Assembly (NCBI GenBank): GCA_046318155.1
Contig: JBKCUU010000053.1
Span: 1-25,239, forward strand
Direction: 5' to 3'
From: Bdellovibrio sp.
Lineage (GTDB): Bacteria > Bdellovibrionota > Bdellovibrionia > Bdellovibrionales > Bdellovibrionaceae
DNA length: 25,239 nt
In this document: positions 8,233 through 17,535 of the stretch, piece after piece
Position numbering within the stretch: position 1 is the stretch's first letter
Layout of the letters: each line of letters opens with the position of its first letter
Notes under the pieces: generated by a model
What the model was told of the DNA's origin: nothing
The model's database searches: none
What the model saw: only the letters and a program-made list of their open reading frames with translations
Made by a program: the position numbers and the translations under genes

Positions 8233-9279
8233 ATGCAGTCCGTCGCTTTAGGGCTCACCGTCCAGTTACCAAAATTTGAAGGTCCACTCGCTTTGCTGTT
8301 GTATCTGATTCGCAAAGAAGAGATGGACATCATGGACATCAAGATCAACGAGATCACGGGTCAGTATCTCGACTATATCAAGATGATGAAAGAGCTCGAT
8401 CTTGAGCTTGCGGGTGAGTTTGTGGCCATGGCGGCGACATTGATTCACATCAAGTCTCGTATGCTACTGCCTCAGTATGATGCCAACGGCGAAATCATGG
8501 AGTCCGAGGATCCCCGTAAAGAGCTTGTTCAACGGCTGATCGAATACCAAAAATACCAGGAAGCTGCGCATTTGCTTTACGAGCGTCCCCTGTTGGGCCG
8601 CGATTACTGGGCGCGTGGGATACGTGAACGTCTTGACGCCAAAGAAGAGGATATCATCCTCGAAGAAAATGCGCTCTTCTCGTTGATAACGGCCTACCGA
8701 GCGGCGCTGCGAGGTGTGAAACGCAAAATCCATCAAGTGTCCTCACGTTTGCAATCGATCGCGAGCCGTATCCTTGAGATCAAAGACCGCCTGATCGTCG
8801 GCCAAAAGGTCGCGATGAGTGATTTGATCACAGTGACCGAAGGGCGGCACCGCCAAGTTTTGATCACCTTTCTTTCGATGCTTGAGCTTGGCAAAATGGG
8901 CTTCATCCGTCTGTTTCAATCGGACACGTACCAAGAAATTTACATCGAAGCTCAGCGCGAGATTGAAGACGCGGCCGTTTCAAGAGTCGAAGAGTACGAC
9001 AGCGTTCGTGTCGACATGAGTCCCGAGACTCTGGCCACAGCAGCCGATGCGCTGCAAAGCGTGGATCCAGAAACTGAGTTTGTTTTAAAAGATGAAACTT
9101 TCGAAGAAGACGAGCAAGTTGAAATGAACTTTGGGTTCGATGTTGGCGAGATCGCTTCGGACGCAGATATTTTGGCGGCCGAGCAAGAGCTCAGTCCTCA
9201 TGTCTCTCATGATGAGCTCAATCTCGAGCCGCTGGCTCTCGAACCTGCTGACAAACCTGTAGAGGATTTGCCCACATGA
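8233..9279 (+). CDS. scpA: Segregation/condensation protein A (kleisin) with acidic C-terminal extension
   Basis: FEGPLALLLYLI, AGEFVAMAATLIHIKSRMLLP, DPRKELVQRLIEYQKY, TFLSMLEL...Q. Confidence 0.96.
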   Translation: MQSVALGLTVQLPKFEGPLALLLYLIRKEEMDIMDIKINEITGQYLDYIKMMKELDLELAGEFVAMAATLIHIKSRMLLPQYDANGEIMESEDPRKELVQRLIEYQKYQEAAHLLYERPLLGRDYWARGIRERLDAKEEDIILEENALFSLITAYRAALRGVKRKIHQVSSRLQSIASRILEIKDRLIVGQKVAMSDLITVTEGRHRQVLITFLSMLELGKMGFIRLFQSDTYQEIYIEAQREIEDAAVSRVEEYDSVRVDMSPETLATAADALQSVDPETEFVLKDETFEEDEQVEMNFGFDVGEIASDADILAAEQELSPHVSHDELNLEPLALEPADKPVEDLPT

Positions 9280-10637
9280 AAAAAAACAAAAAAGAAGATA
9301 AGCTTAAATTTGACCAGATCGAAGAGTCGGCAGAGACCCTTTCGGAAGAGCTTGTGTTTGCTGAAAACATGAGCAGCGATGAAGCTTCGGAGCTGGAGCT
9401 TGAAGCCGCCATGGCTTTTGAGGGTTTGGTTGCTGAGGAACCCGATTCACCCAGCTTCTTGCCTGAGGCGACTGATGATATCCTGGTGGACGAATCAAGT
9501 GCGAAACCCGAGGCCAAGCTCGAGGGCACTGAGCTTGAAGCTTTTGAGTCTGCCGAGATTGAAGACGTCGAGTTTGTCGAAGAAGAGCGTTTGGATTCGA
9601 TCGTTGAGAGCGTGATGTTTGCCTCTGACCGGCCCGTGAGCCTTCATCAACTCAAGCTGGTTTTTAAAGGCACCAATATCAAGAGCGACAAGATTCGCAA
9701 AGCCTTGGACCGCTTGGCCGTTGAACTGGCGGGATCAAAGCGCGGCGTGACCCTTGAAGAAGTTCCCGGTGGTTATCAGCTGCGAACAAAAATTGACAAT
9801 ATGACCTTTCTCACTCGGACTTTAAAAGCTCGCCCGTTTAAAGTTTCAGGACCCGCTCTTGAAGTTTTGGCCATCGTTGCTTACAAGCAACCCGTGATCA
9901 AGGCCGAGATCGATGAGATCCGCGGGGTTGAGTCGGGACACTTGATGCGCGCGCTCATGGAAAAGGGATTGGTTAATTTTGAAGGCAAATCGGACCTTCC
10001 GGGTAAGCCAATGCTCTACGGAACAACAAGAAAGTTCCTCGAAATCTTTGGTCTTCGAAATTTAAAAGAGCTTCCCACGCTCAGTCAAATTGATGAGCTC
10101 TTGCCTGAAGGTATTGATGAAGTTCAGGCCGAGAAACCGACACTCAGCCAAATCACCGATAGTTTGTCACAACAAGCGGCCGGCAGTTACTCAGATGGTG
10201 AAGAGGAGTTGCTGAAAATCAGTGGTCAGCTTGAAGGTATCACAACATCTTCAGACTTTTTTGAAGCCGAAAAGCTGCGCCAAAAACAAAAACGCGATGA
10301 AGAGCGGGCGGGCGGTATTCGTGAAGCTTTACTGGTTGGCGAGTCCGTTTCGACTCGTGACCGCAATTGGCTCATTCGCTACGACGAGGCCTTGCAGGCT
10401 GGACAGGCGCAAAGCTTTGCCAAGGACGAGTTGTTCGCCTCGGGGGAGCTCAAAGCTGCACCCACAGAGCTTGAGCAAAAAGTTCAAGCCTTTGAGAATG
10501 ACTCCGATCATGAGTCTGCTTCATTTGATAGTGAGCTGACCGCTGATGATGAAGAACTTTCGGTCCCTTACCATGACGATGAAGACGGCGATAGTGATGA
10601 GATTGAAAGCGAGCCTGGAACAGAGACAGACGTCTAA
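9276..10637 (+). CDS. scpB: SMC-Scp complex subunit ScpB with long acidic N- and C-terminal extensions
   Basis: VESVMFAS, GGYQLRT, ALEVLAIVAYKQPV, IRGV, PGKPMLYGTTRKFLEIFGL..LKELP; ATGA overlap with scpA. Confidence 0.96.
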   Translation: MKKNKKEDKLKFDQIEESAETLSEELVFAENMSSDEASELELEAAMAFEGLVAEEPDSPSFLPEATDDILVDESSAKPEAKLEGTELEAFESAEIEDVEFVEEERLDSIVESVMFASDRPVSLHQLKLVFKGTNIKSDKIRKALDRLAVELAGSKRGVTLEEVPGGYQLRTKIDNMTFLTRTLKARPFKVSGPALEVLAIVAYKQPVIKAEIDEIRGVESGHLMRALMEKGLVNFEGKSDLPGKPMLYGTTRKFLEIFGLRNLKELPTLSQIDELLPEGIDEVQAEKPTLSQITDSLSQQAAGSYSDGEEELLKISGQLEGITTSSDFFEAEKLRQKQKRDEERAGGIREALLVGESVSTRDRNWLIRYDEALQAGQAQSFAKDELFASGELKAAPTELEQKVQAFENDSDHESASFDSELTADDEELSVPYHDDEDGDSDEIESEPGTETDV

Positions 10638-10649
10638 GCAGGAGGATAT

Positions 10650-11201
10650 TTGCTCCACCGGGCTTTAAAAGTTTTTTTGAGCCTGTGGATCGCCTACCAT
10701 TTGGCGAACATTGTGATTTTGGCGAACGGCGGCTCTTTCTTGGGCCGCTATTGGGGCCCGTATTTAATTCCTTATGGGAATGCTATCGGTCTTAATTCAA
10801 CTTGGAATTTTTTCTCTCCTGATCCTGCCCATACAATGTATCTCGAATACCGGGTTCGCTTCGAAGATGAACAAGGGAACGAAGTTAAAGAGTCGGTCGA
10901 GGGATTCTTACCGCCTGAAAAGGATCAAATCGTCATCGATAGCAGCAAGCGCCGGCTCTTGTACGCCATGCGATTTTTACTGTTGGATCAGGACCGTTTG
11001 CACGCGTTGATGGCGCCCTGGCTGTGCCGGCAGTATCCCGGATCTTCGACTCTGTCGGTGGCGCACGTCGTGCAAGCGATCCCGCCCTTTGATCGAGCGA
11101 TTACAAACTTGGATACGCCTGTTCAGGCGCTCAAAAACGAAGTCCGTTCAGAGGCCAAAAGTTTTAATTGCCGGGCGGCCGCCGATGAGGTGGGCTTATG
11201 A
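10650..11201 (+). CDS. SdpA-like / DUF5819-like membrane-anchored protein
   Basis: RBS AGGAGG before TTG 10650; N-terminal TM helix with His, then the WNFFSPDP motif; two Cys; coupled (ATGA) to an HTTM gene. Confidence 0.65.
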   Translation: MLHRALKVFLSLWIAYHLANIVILANGGSFLGRYWGPYLIPYGNAIGLNSTWNFFSPDPAHTMYLEYRVRFEDEQGNEVKESVEGFLPPEKDQIVIDSSKRRLLYAMRFLLLDQDRLHALMAPWLCRQYPGSSTLSVAHVVQAIPPFDRAITNLDTPVQALKNEVRSEAKSFNCRAAADEVGL

Positions 11202-12151
11202 TCTTTCAAGGATTGCGCCGTATCGTTGAAGCCTGGGAAGAGTTTTGGTTTGCGCCCAAGTCTCTTTTGAATTTGGCGTATTTTCGAATCGTTCTTTGCG
11301 TGACGTTGTTTTTGATGTACGTCAGTCGTCAATTTGACCTGAGTACCTTTTATACCAATGACGGTCTTTTACCAGAGAGTATGGCCAGGTCGGTGATGCC
11401 TGAGTTTTACCGTCCTCCGTTTACCTGGGCTTTTTGGGGCGACGCTTACGTGTTTCCGGCACATACCTTTCTTATCATTGGCCTTGTGCTCCTAAGTCTA
11501 GGCTTTGGAGGGCGTCTTCTCAATGCGCTTGTTTGGATGGTGTCGATCGGGTTCTTGCAGCGCAATTATGCGTTGGCCTTTGGTGCCGACCTCATCGGGA
11601 ATATCTTTTTATTTTTAATGATCGGGACGCAGTCGTGCGCGCGGCTCTCGGTCTGGCATTGGCTCCGCCCTCGTGCTAGAGCGGCGACGTCAGATCTATT
11701 CACCCGTGTGTTTTACCGCATGGTTCAAGTTCAACTGTGCGTGATCTACATGTACACGGGATTTGAAAAGCTCAAAGGTCTGAGTTGGTGGGACGGAACG
11801 GCGCTATGGTCCGTGTTTGCAAATCCACAGATGGTGATTGCTGACTTGTCGTTTGTTCGACACTTTCCGCTGCTTGTTGTGGTGCCGACATTTTTAACGG
11901 TGCTCTTTGAATCGTATTTTGCTGTCCTGATTTGGATTCGAAAGATTCGGCCGGGCGTGTTGATCTTTGGTGTCTGTTTTCACTTTGGAATCGGGCTCTT
12001 GATGGCCCTCTTCAATTTTGCATGTGTGATGCTCGCGCCCTACGTTCTCTGGATGGATCCCGAGACCGTCGAGCGCTGGACGCTCAAGATTAAATTCCTG
12101 TCTCAGGGCGATCGCAATCTTCCTCATAAGTCTCGCACCACTCAGGTGTAG
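11198..12151 (+). CDS. HTTM domain protein (SdpB / vitamin K-dependent gamma-carboxylase-like membrane domain)
   Basis: LAYFRI, FYTNDG, QRN..GAD, QLCVIYMYTGFEKLKGLSWWDGTAL and FHFGIGLLM motifs; multiple TM helices. Confidence 0.85.
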   Translation: MIFQGLRRIVEAWEEFWFAPKSLLNLAYFRIVLCVTLFLMYVSRQFDLSTFYTNDGLLPESMARSVMPEFYRPPFTWAFWGDAYVFPAHTFLIIGLVLLSLGFGGRLLNALVWMVSIGFLQRNYALAFGADLIGNIFLFLMIGTQSCARLSVWHWLRPRARAATSDLFTRVFYRMVQVQLCVIYMYTGFEKLKGLSWWDGTALWSVFANPQMVIADLSFVRHFPLLVVVPTFLTVLFESYFAVLIWIRKIRPGVLIFGVCFHFGIGLLMALFNFACVMLAPYVLWMDPETVERWTLKIKFLSQGDRNLPHKSRTTQV

Positions 12152-12356
12152 CCTTAAGGGGAATCATCATTTTGGGCTCGCTCAAGTGACGTCTTTGGCA
12201 TTCTGCCACGCACGCTTGAAGGCCGTATCCGGGAGCGTCGTACCAAGCGGCGCAGGTTTTTACACACATCAAAAAGGGTGTCGTGTCGCCAGCTGCGGTG
12301 GTTTGGGCCTGCGCAGAGATCGCGGTGAAGAGTGAGAAAACAAGGGTCAAAAGCAT
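12090..12356 (-). CDS. Small secreted cysteine-rich peptide (twin CX3C, 6 Cys)
   Basis: RBS AAGGAG; signal peptide ending AQA; CVKTC...CVAEC...CETYEEDC. Confidence 0.75.
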   Translation of the reverse strand: MLLTLVFSLFTAISAQAQTTAAGDTTPFLMCVKTCAAWYDAPGYGLQACVAECQRRHLSEPKMMIPLKATPEWCETYEEDCDRPETGI

Positions 12357-12537
12357 AAAACGCTCCTTAAAAAGCTTTAGTTGTTGGGTGCCTGGGGTTT
12401 AGAAAAGAAACCATCCGTTGCCAAGGATTTGTCTCGCGATTCAAAGGCTTATGAAAAAAAGAAAGTGGGTGGGATTCGAAAGTCTCACTTTAAGACAGAA
12501 ATTGGGCAGGTCTTGTTGTGGATTCAGGACTTTCGTC

Positions 12538-12564
12538 TCTAGTTTTAGCCATTCGTGCCGATAA
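12538..12564 (+). promoter_or_regulatory. Sigma-28 (FliA) promoter
   Basis: TCTAGTTT-N11-GCCGATAA versus extended consensus TAAAGTTT-N11-GCCGATAA; perfect -10 element, 21 nt before ATG 12586. Confidence 0.75.
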
Positions 12565-12585
12565 GAAAATTCAGGGGGAAGGACC

Positions 12586-13107
12586 ATGAAAAAAGGCCTC
12601 ACCATTGCGGTCTCTGGTTTCATCTTGCTCACGCAATACGTGAACTGCTCAAGCTATTCTGATAGCACCCTCTACGCAGGCAAAATTGGAACCGTCGAAG
12701 ACGTCCTTGCTTATGAAGGGATCCGGGTGCTTAACGGAGATACTTACATGAACTGCGATGAGGATCATGTTCAACTCGGCGGCAACTGCAATACAGCGGA
12801 TGCAAAATTCAATTGCCTTGAGATGCGAATGCTCCGCGATCAAGTCCCCGTGCAATGGGGCACGGGCGCGACCATGACTGATAACTTGGGCTGCGGCGCC
12901 GGCTACCGAATCACCTGCGAAAATGGTCGCTTTTATGCCGTTGTGCCTAAACCCAATGACACCATTTTAAACTCAGGGATAGCGAACGTCGAGTACAGTG
13001 TTAAGTTTCAAGTTTTTACTAGTGAAGACGGTGCGCAGTTCAAAGCGGGCGAGAAAGCCCCGGCCTTTAACATCTACGTTCAACAAAATGGCGCTTGCGG
13101 CGGCTAA
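12586..13107 (+). CDS. Secreted/lipoprotein-like Cys-rich hypothetical protein
   Basis: MKK + hydrophobic stretch + YVNC (xxNC lipobox-like); six further Cys; purine-rich RBS. Confidence 0.8.
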   Translation: MKKGLTIAVSGFILLTQYVNCSSYSDSTLYAGKIGTVEDVLAYEGIRVLNGDTYMNCDEDHVQLGGNCNTADAKFNCLEMRMLRDQVPVQWGTGATMTDNLGCGAGYRITCENGRFYAVVPKPNDTILNSGIANVEYSVKFQVFTSEDGAQFKAGEKAPAFNIYVQQNGACGG

Positions 13108-13136
13108 GTTCTTTGTGCTCGCTCCGGAGCGAAAGT

Positions 13137-14024
13137 TTAAGGTTTTTGAAGTCTGTTCAATCCAATTTTTCTTAAAGATGAAGCTCTTTGCCAGGGTGGC
13201 AAAAGCTCTTCGGCTTGCACGATCGTTGTGGCGAGACCGGTCTCGGTCGCGATTTTGGCGATAAATCGAGGTTCCATTAACTTGATCACCATATCTTCTT
13301 TGATGGAGAGTGGAAGCTTTCCATTTTCGACAAAGGACAGGCAGACGACAAGTGGCCTGATCCGTTGTGAAGGAAACCAAAAATCAGTTCTGCTTTCGAG
13401 ATCGATAGGGATCATCGACGACGGCAGCAAGGTCCAAGTTGGTCCTTGGGTGGGCGTGGGGAGGGGCGGTGGAAACCGAAAGCCCGAGAAGAAATCTTCG
13501 ATGCCCCAAAAGGGCCAACTCTTCTCGCCAGGAAGTTTGACAAGCGCCTCGAGGTTCGGAACATTTATCGTTTTGGCTTTAATTCGAATGACCGGTAAAG
13601 TCCACAGAATCGGCAAAAGCGTGCTAGACGTATCAGTGGGACTAAAGAAATCTGCCGAGAGGGCTCGCGCAAGTCGCTGATCCAACTGATGATTGGATTT
13701 GAAATCGGTGAGTCTGAGCTCCGTCTTTAATATCCAGTCCTTGCGTGCCCAAAGGATATCGGCACTCGCTGCCAGCTCGACAAAAGTATCGGGATCGCTG
13801 GCAACAACCACTTTAAACTGCAAAGGTAACTGTTTTTGCAGTTCATTCATCAGACGTGGTGAAAACAGATTTTTATTTTCGGTGAGAATCAACACGTCAT
13901 GCGAGCGCACTTGACGGAGTTTATCCAGCAAGCCCTCGGAACCAACGTAAAAACCCCCGCCCGTAAAAAGAGCGAGGGTTGAAATGAAAAGAATCAAAAA
14001 TCTGGGCCGTAAAGGCTGCTTCAT
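13137..14024 (-). CDS. Hypothetical membrane-anchored protein, possibly a degenerate solute-binding (PotD-like) fold
   Basis: N-terminal TM helix; starts 18 nt after the nrdB stop; faint resemblance to SBP N-termini (LILTE..LFSPRLMNELQKQ..FKVV; PILW). Function uncertain. Confidence 0.55.
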   Translation of the reverse strand: MKQPLRPRFLILFISTLALFTGGGFYVGSEGLLDKLRQVRSHDVLILTENKNLFSPRLMNELQKQLPLQFKVVVASDPDTFVELAASADILWARKDWILKTELRLTDFKSNHQLDQRLARALSADFFSPTDTSSTLLPILWTLPVIRIKAKTINVPNLEALVKLPGEKSWPFWGIEDFFSGFRFPPPLPTPTQGPTWTLLPSSMIPIDLESRTDFWFPSQRIRPLVVCLSFVENGKLPLSIKEDMVIKLMEPRFIAKIATETGLATTIVQAEELLPPWQRASSLRKIGLNRLQKP

Positions 14025-14042
14025 TTCGTTGGAATCAAAACC

Positions 14043-15041
14043 TTAAAAAGTTTCGTCAAAAGAAACATTCCCTGTAATTCCAGTTTGATAAGCTGAAACA
14101 CGGCGCTCGAAAAAGTTTGCAAGTTCTTGCATGTCTTGCAGCTCCATGAACGCAAACGGATTTTTTGATTTGTATCGGGGTGCAATGTGCAAAGACAATA
14201 AGCGTTGGTCTGCTACGAATTCCAGATATTGGCGAACGTCTTTTAGCGAAAGTCCTGCCACTCCATGCTCGAGCATGTCTTGCGCAAAGGCCATTTCACA
14301 TTCGATGGCTTCTTCGATCATCTGAACAACCATGTCGTTCATTTGTTCATTGAACAAAGTGGGCTCTTCTTTTCGAGCCGTGTTGATCACTTCCATCGCC
14401 ATCGCCATGTGCATCGATTCATCACGAAAAACCCAGTTGGTTCCAGAGGCCAATCCTTGCAAAAGACCTTTTGAACGCAAAAAATAAACGTAGGCAAAAG
14501 CAGCAAAGAAAAACAAACCTTCAATACAGCAAGCAAAGCAGATCAGATTCATCAAAAACTTGCGGCGGTCTTCAACTGTTTCAAGACGCTCGAGTTCGTT
14601 GATCGAATCGATCCACTTAAAGCAAAACTCAGCTTTTTTGCGGATCGCCGGAATATTCTCGACGGCGTCAAAAGCCTTGGCGCGCTCATCGGGGTGAGGA
14701 ACATAATTATCGAGCAAAGTCAGATAAAACTGAACGTGCAGCGCCTCCTCATACAACTGGCGGCTCAGGTACATGCGGGCCTCGGGTGAGTTGACATGCT
14801 TGTACAGATTTAAAACCAAGTTGTTCGAAACAATGGAGTCGCCGGTCGCAAAAAAGGCGACCAGTCGGTTGATCAAATGTTTTTCTGAAGGCTTCATCTT
14901 GTGATGAAGATCGACAAGGTCTGTTGAGAAATCAATTTCATCGACGGTCCACGTATTTTTAATCGCGTTTTTATACATCTCAAAAAAAACGGGATACTTC
15001 ATGGGCCGCAAAGTCAGATTGAATCCAGGTGATAAAATCAT
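14043..15041 (-). CDS. nrdB: Class Ia ribonucleotide reductase beta subunit (332 aa)
   Basis: Start reassigned to MILSPGFNLTLRPMKYP at 15041; FFATGD, EEALHVQFY (radical Tyr), EGLFFFAAF, RDESMH, NFFERRVSAY. Confidence 0.96.
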   Translation of the reverse strand: MILSPGFNLTLRPMKYPVFFEMYKNAIKNTWTVDEIDFSTDLVDLHHKMKPSEKHLINRLVAFFATGDSIVSNNLVLNLYKHVNSPEARMYLSRQLYEEALHVQFYLTLLDNYVPHPDERAKAFDAVENIPAIRKKAEFCFKWIDSINELERLETVEDRRKFLMNLICFACCIEGLFFFAAFAYVYFLRSKGLLQGLASGTNWVFRDESMHMAMAMEVINTARKEEPTLFNEQMNDMVVQMIEEAIECEMAFAQDMLEHGVAGLSLKDVRQYLEFVADQRLLSLHIAPRYKSKNPFAFMELQDMQELANFFERRVSAYQTGITGNVSFDETF

Positions 15042-15063
15042 GTTGTTCTCTTTCTTTAGTTTT

Positions 15064-17535
15064 TTATTGGCAAGCTTCGCAAGACTCTGGATTTTCGAGC
15101 GAGCATGTGATCGCTTCAGAATCCGAGTATTCTTTTTTCTCGGGAGATGACTCTTCTGCAGATGTCTGTGTCTCAGACGCAATTGCAGGCGTTAGCGCAA
15201 TATTCGAGCGCGTCGTTGTTGTCTTTGTAATGCCGGTCGCAGGGCGTGAGCGCATGTAATACGTCGTTTTCACGCCTTTTTCCCAGGCATACATGTACAT
15301 CGATGACAATTTTCCGATCGTCGGCGATTCGATGAACAAATTCAACGAAGCACTTTGATCGATAAAGGCGCCGCGGTCGGCTCCCATATCAATGAGTGAG
15401 CGCATCGGAACTTCCCACACAGTTCGGTAGATCTCTTTCACGCGCTCGGGGATTCCGGGTAAGTGTTGAATGGAACCTTCAGAAAGCTTGATTTCGTTGC
15501 GCAGTTCTTCGTTCCAAAGCCCCAAAGCTTTCAGCTCAGATACCAAGTAGCGGTTGATTTGCATGAATTCGCCCGACAAGGTCTCGCGCTTAAACAAGTT
15601 CGAAATTTGTGGTTCGATCGCCTCATAGCAGCCCACGATCGATGCGATCGTTGCGGTCGGTGCAATGGCGATGAGCAATGAGTTTCGTAAGCCCGACTTC
15701 TTGATGCGCTCTTTGAGTGCCGTAAAGCGCGCGGGGTCTGAGGGAGTGATGCCCCACAGGTCATACTGCAATTCACCTTTAGCGGCGCGGGTCTCATTGA
15801 AGTTCGGGTGTGCACCGTTCTGCTCGGCTAATTCGCAACTGGCGAGCAAAGCGTTGTAGTAAATGTCTTCTTGAACACGTTTTGACAGCATGCGGCTCTC
15901 AGCCGAGTCAAAAGGAAGACGCAGTTGAAACAAAGCATCCTGTAAGCCCATCACGCCAAGACCAACCGGTCTCCAGCGCGAGTTCGAACTCGCCGCCGTC
16001 GAGATCGGGTAGAAGTTGATATCGACAACGCGGTCCAGATACTTGACGGCGGTCCGAACGGTGCGCGCTAATTTGTCAAAATCAAAGATGCCATTGACAA
16101 CATGACGAGACAAGTTGACCGAGCCCAAGTTACAGACGGCGGTCTCTTCGTTTGAAGTGACTTCCAAGATCTCGGTGCAGAGGTTCGACAAGTGAATCAC
16201 GTTTTGTGGCAGGCCTGTCTGATTTGACTTCATATTCGAAGCGTCTTTAAACGTCATCCAGCCATTGCCAGTCTGAGCCAGCGTTTTCATCATGCGCTGA
16301 TAAAGATCACGGGCTTTCAACTGTTTAGCGTACAGTTTTGCTTCTTCTGCCTTAACATAGGCCGCTTCGAACTCGGGGCCGTACAGATCAACAAATTGGG
16401 GTGTCGTTTTAGGATCAAAAAGGGACCACATCGCGTCTTCTTTCACGCGCTTCATGAACAAGTCGGGGACCCAGTTCGCCAAATTTAAATTATGAGCGCG
16501 CTTGGCCTCATCGCCTGTGTTGTCCCGTAGCTCAAGAAACTCTTCGATGTCCGCGTGCCATGTTTCGAGATAGACGCAGGCGGCGCCTTTGCGTTTGCCA
16601 CCTTGATTCACGGCAGCGACCGAGCTGTCCAAGGTTTTAAGCCATGGAATAATCCCGTTCGAGTGGCCATTGGTGCCTTTAATGAGTGATCCTCGAGCCC
16701 GTACTCGGCTATAAGACAAACCGATGCCACCGGCAAATTTTGAAAGCAATGCCACATCCGTGTACTTGTCATAAATCGAACGCAAATCATCTTCAGGTGA
16801 GTCGAGCAAATAGCACGACGACATCTGAGGGCGTAAAGTTCCCGAGTTAAAGAGTGTCGGCGTCGACGCCATGTAATCGTGCGACGAGATCAAACGGTAA
16901 AATTCAACCGCTTCTTCAACCGTGGTCGCAAGACCACAGGCAACACGCATAAAGAAGTACTGAGGTGTTTCAATCACCTGACGTGTTTTTGGATTTTTCA
17001 GCAGGTAGCGGTCGTACACGGTGCGAAGTCCAAAATACTCAAAACGATCTGTGCGGAAGGGCTCAATCGCAGCCGAGAGCGCGGCTTTGTTGGCCTCAAC
17101 AAACTTGGCCGTGCTTTCAGCGATCAAGCCACACTGAAAGCCAAAAATCGTTGCGTCTGCAAACGATTTGATCTTTTGTGAGCGGACTTCTTCGTCCACA
17201 TAAATTGTCAACAGGCGTGCGGCGAGACGCGAGTACTCAGGCTCTTCACCAATCAGCAGTGAAGCGGTCTGGATGCAAAGATTGTCCAGCTCCTTTGTGG
17301 TCGCGCCATCATACAGACCGCTGATCGCTTTGGTCGCGACGCGAAGAGGGTCGACCTGTGTCAGTCCCTGACAGCAGCTCGTCACCCGTTCAACGATTTT
17401 CGTGACGTCCACGGCTTCAAGAGAGCCATCCCGTTTGCGAACTCGCATCACGTGAGGAGCCGCCCCGTCTGGCTCGAACTCATTTGATAAGTAGGTTTGT
17501 GTGCCCATTCCTTTGGACTCATTCATTGTGATCAT
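15064..17535 (-). CDS. nrdA: Class Ia ribonucleotide reductase alpha subunit with ATP-cone
   Basis: ATP-cone VRKRDG, TPTLFNSG, SSCYL, NQGGKRKGA, SNLCTEI, CNLGS, APTATI, KTTYY, C-terminal CEAC. Start placed at ATG 17535 (AGGGGG RBS); exact start uncertain. Confidence 0.96.
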   Translation of the reverse strand: MITMNESKGMGTQTYLSNEFEPDGAAPHVMRVRKRDGSLEAVDVTKIVERVTSCCQGLTQVDPLRVATKAISGLYDGATTKELDNLCIQTASLLIGEEPEYSRLAARLLTIYVDEEVRSQKIKSFADATIFGFQCGLIAESTAKFVEANKAALSAAIEPFRTDRFEYFGLRTVYDRYLLKNPKTRQVIETPQYFFMRVACGLATTVEEAVEFYRLISSHDYMASTPTLFNSGTLRPQMSSCYLLDSPEDDLRSIYDKYTDVALLSKFAGGIGLSYSRVRARGSLIKGTNGHSNGIIPWLKTLDSSVAAVNQGGKRKGAACVYLETWHADIEEFLELRDNTGDEAKRAHNLNLANWVPDLFMKRVKEDAMWSLFDPKTTPQFVDLYGPEFEAAYVKAEEAKLYAKQLKARDLYQRMMKTLAQTGNGWMTFKDASNMKSNQTGLPQNVIHLSNLCTEILEVTSNEETAVCNLGSVNLSRHVVNGIFDFDKLARTVRTAVKYLDRVVDINFYPISTAASSNSRWRPVGLGVMGLQDALFQLRLPFDSAESRMLSKRVQEDIYYNALLASCELAEQNGAHPNFNETRAAKGELQYDLWGITPSDPARFTALKERIKKSGLRNSLLIAIAPTATIASIVGCYEAIEPQISNLFKRETLSGEFMQINRYLVSELKALGLWNEELRNEIKLSEGSIQHLPGIPERVKEIYRTVWEVPMRSLIDMGADRGAFIDQSASLNLFIESPTIGKLSSMYMYAWEKGVKTTYYMRSRPATGITKTTTTRSNIALTPAIASETQTSAEESSPEKKEYSDSEAITCSLENPESCEACQ

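Noticed and set aside
9276..12151. Idea that the HTTM enzyme carboxylates the Glu-rich ScpA/ScpB tails
   Set aside because: ScpAB are cytoplasmic, whereas carboxylase-family active sites face the extracytoplasmic side; adjacency is the only support.
15042..15182. 47-aa N-terminal extension of NrdB in the ORF track
   Set aside because: Overlaps the nrdA 3' end; homology begins at MILSPGFNLTLRPM (15041).
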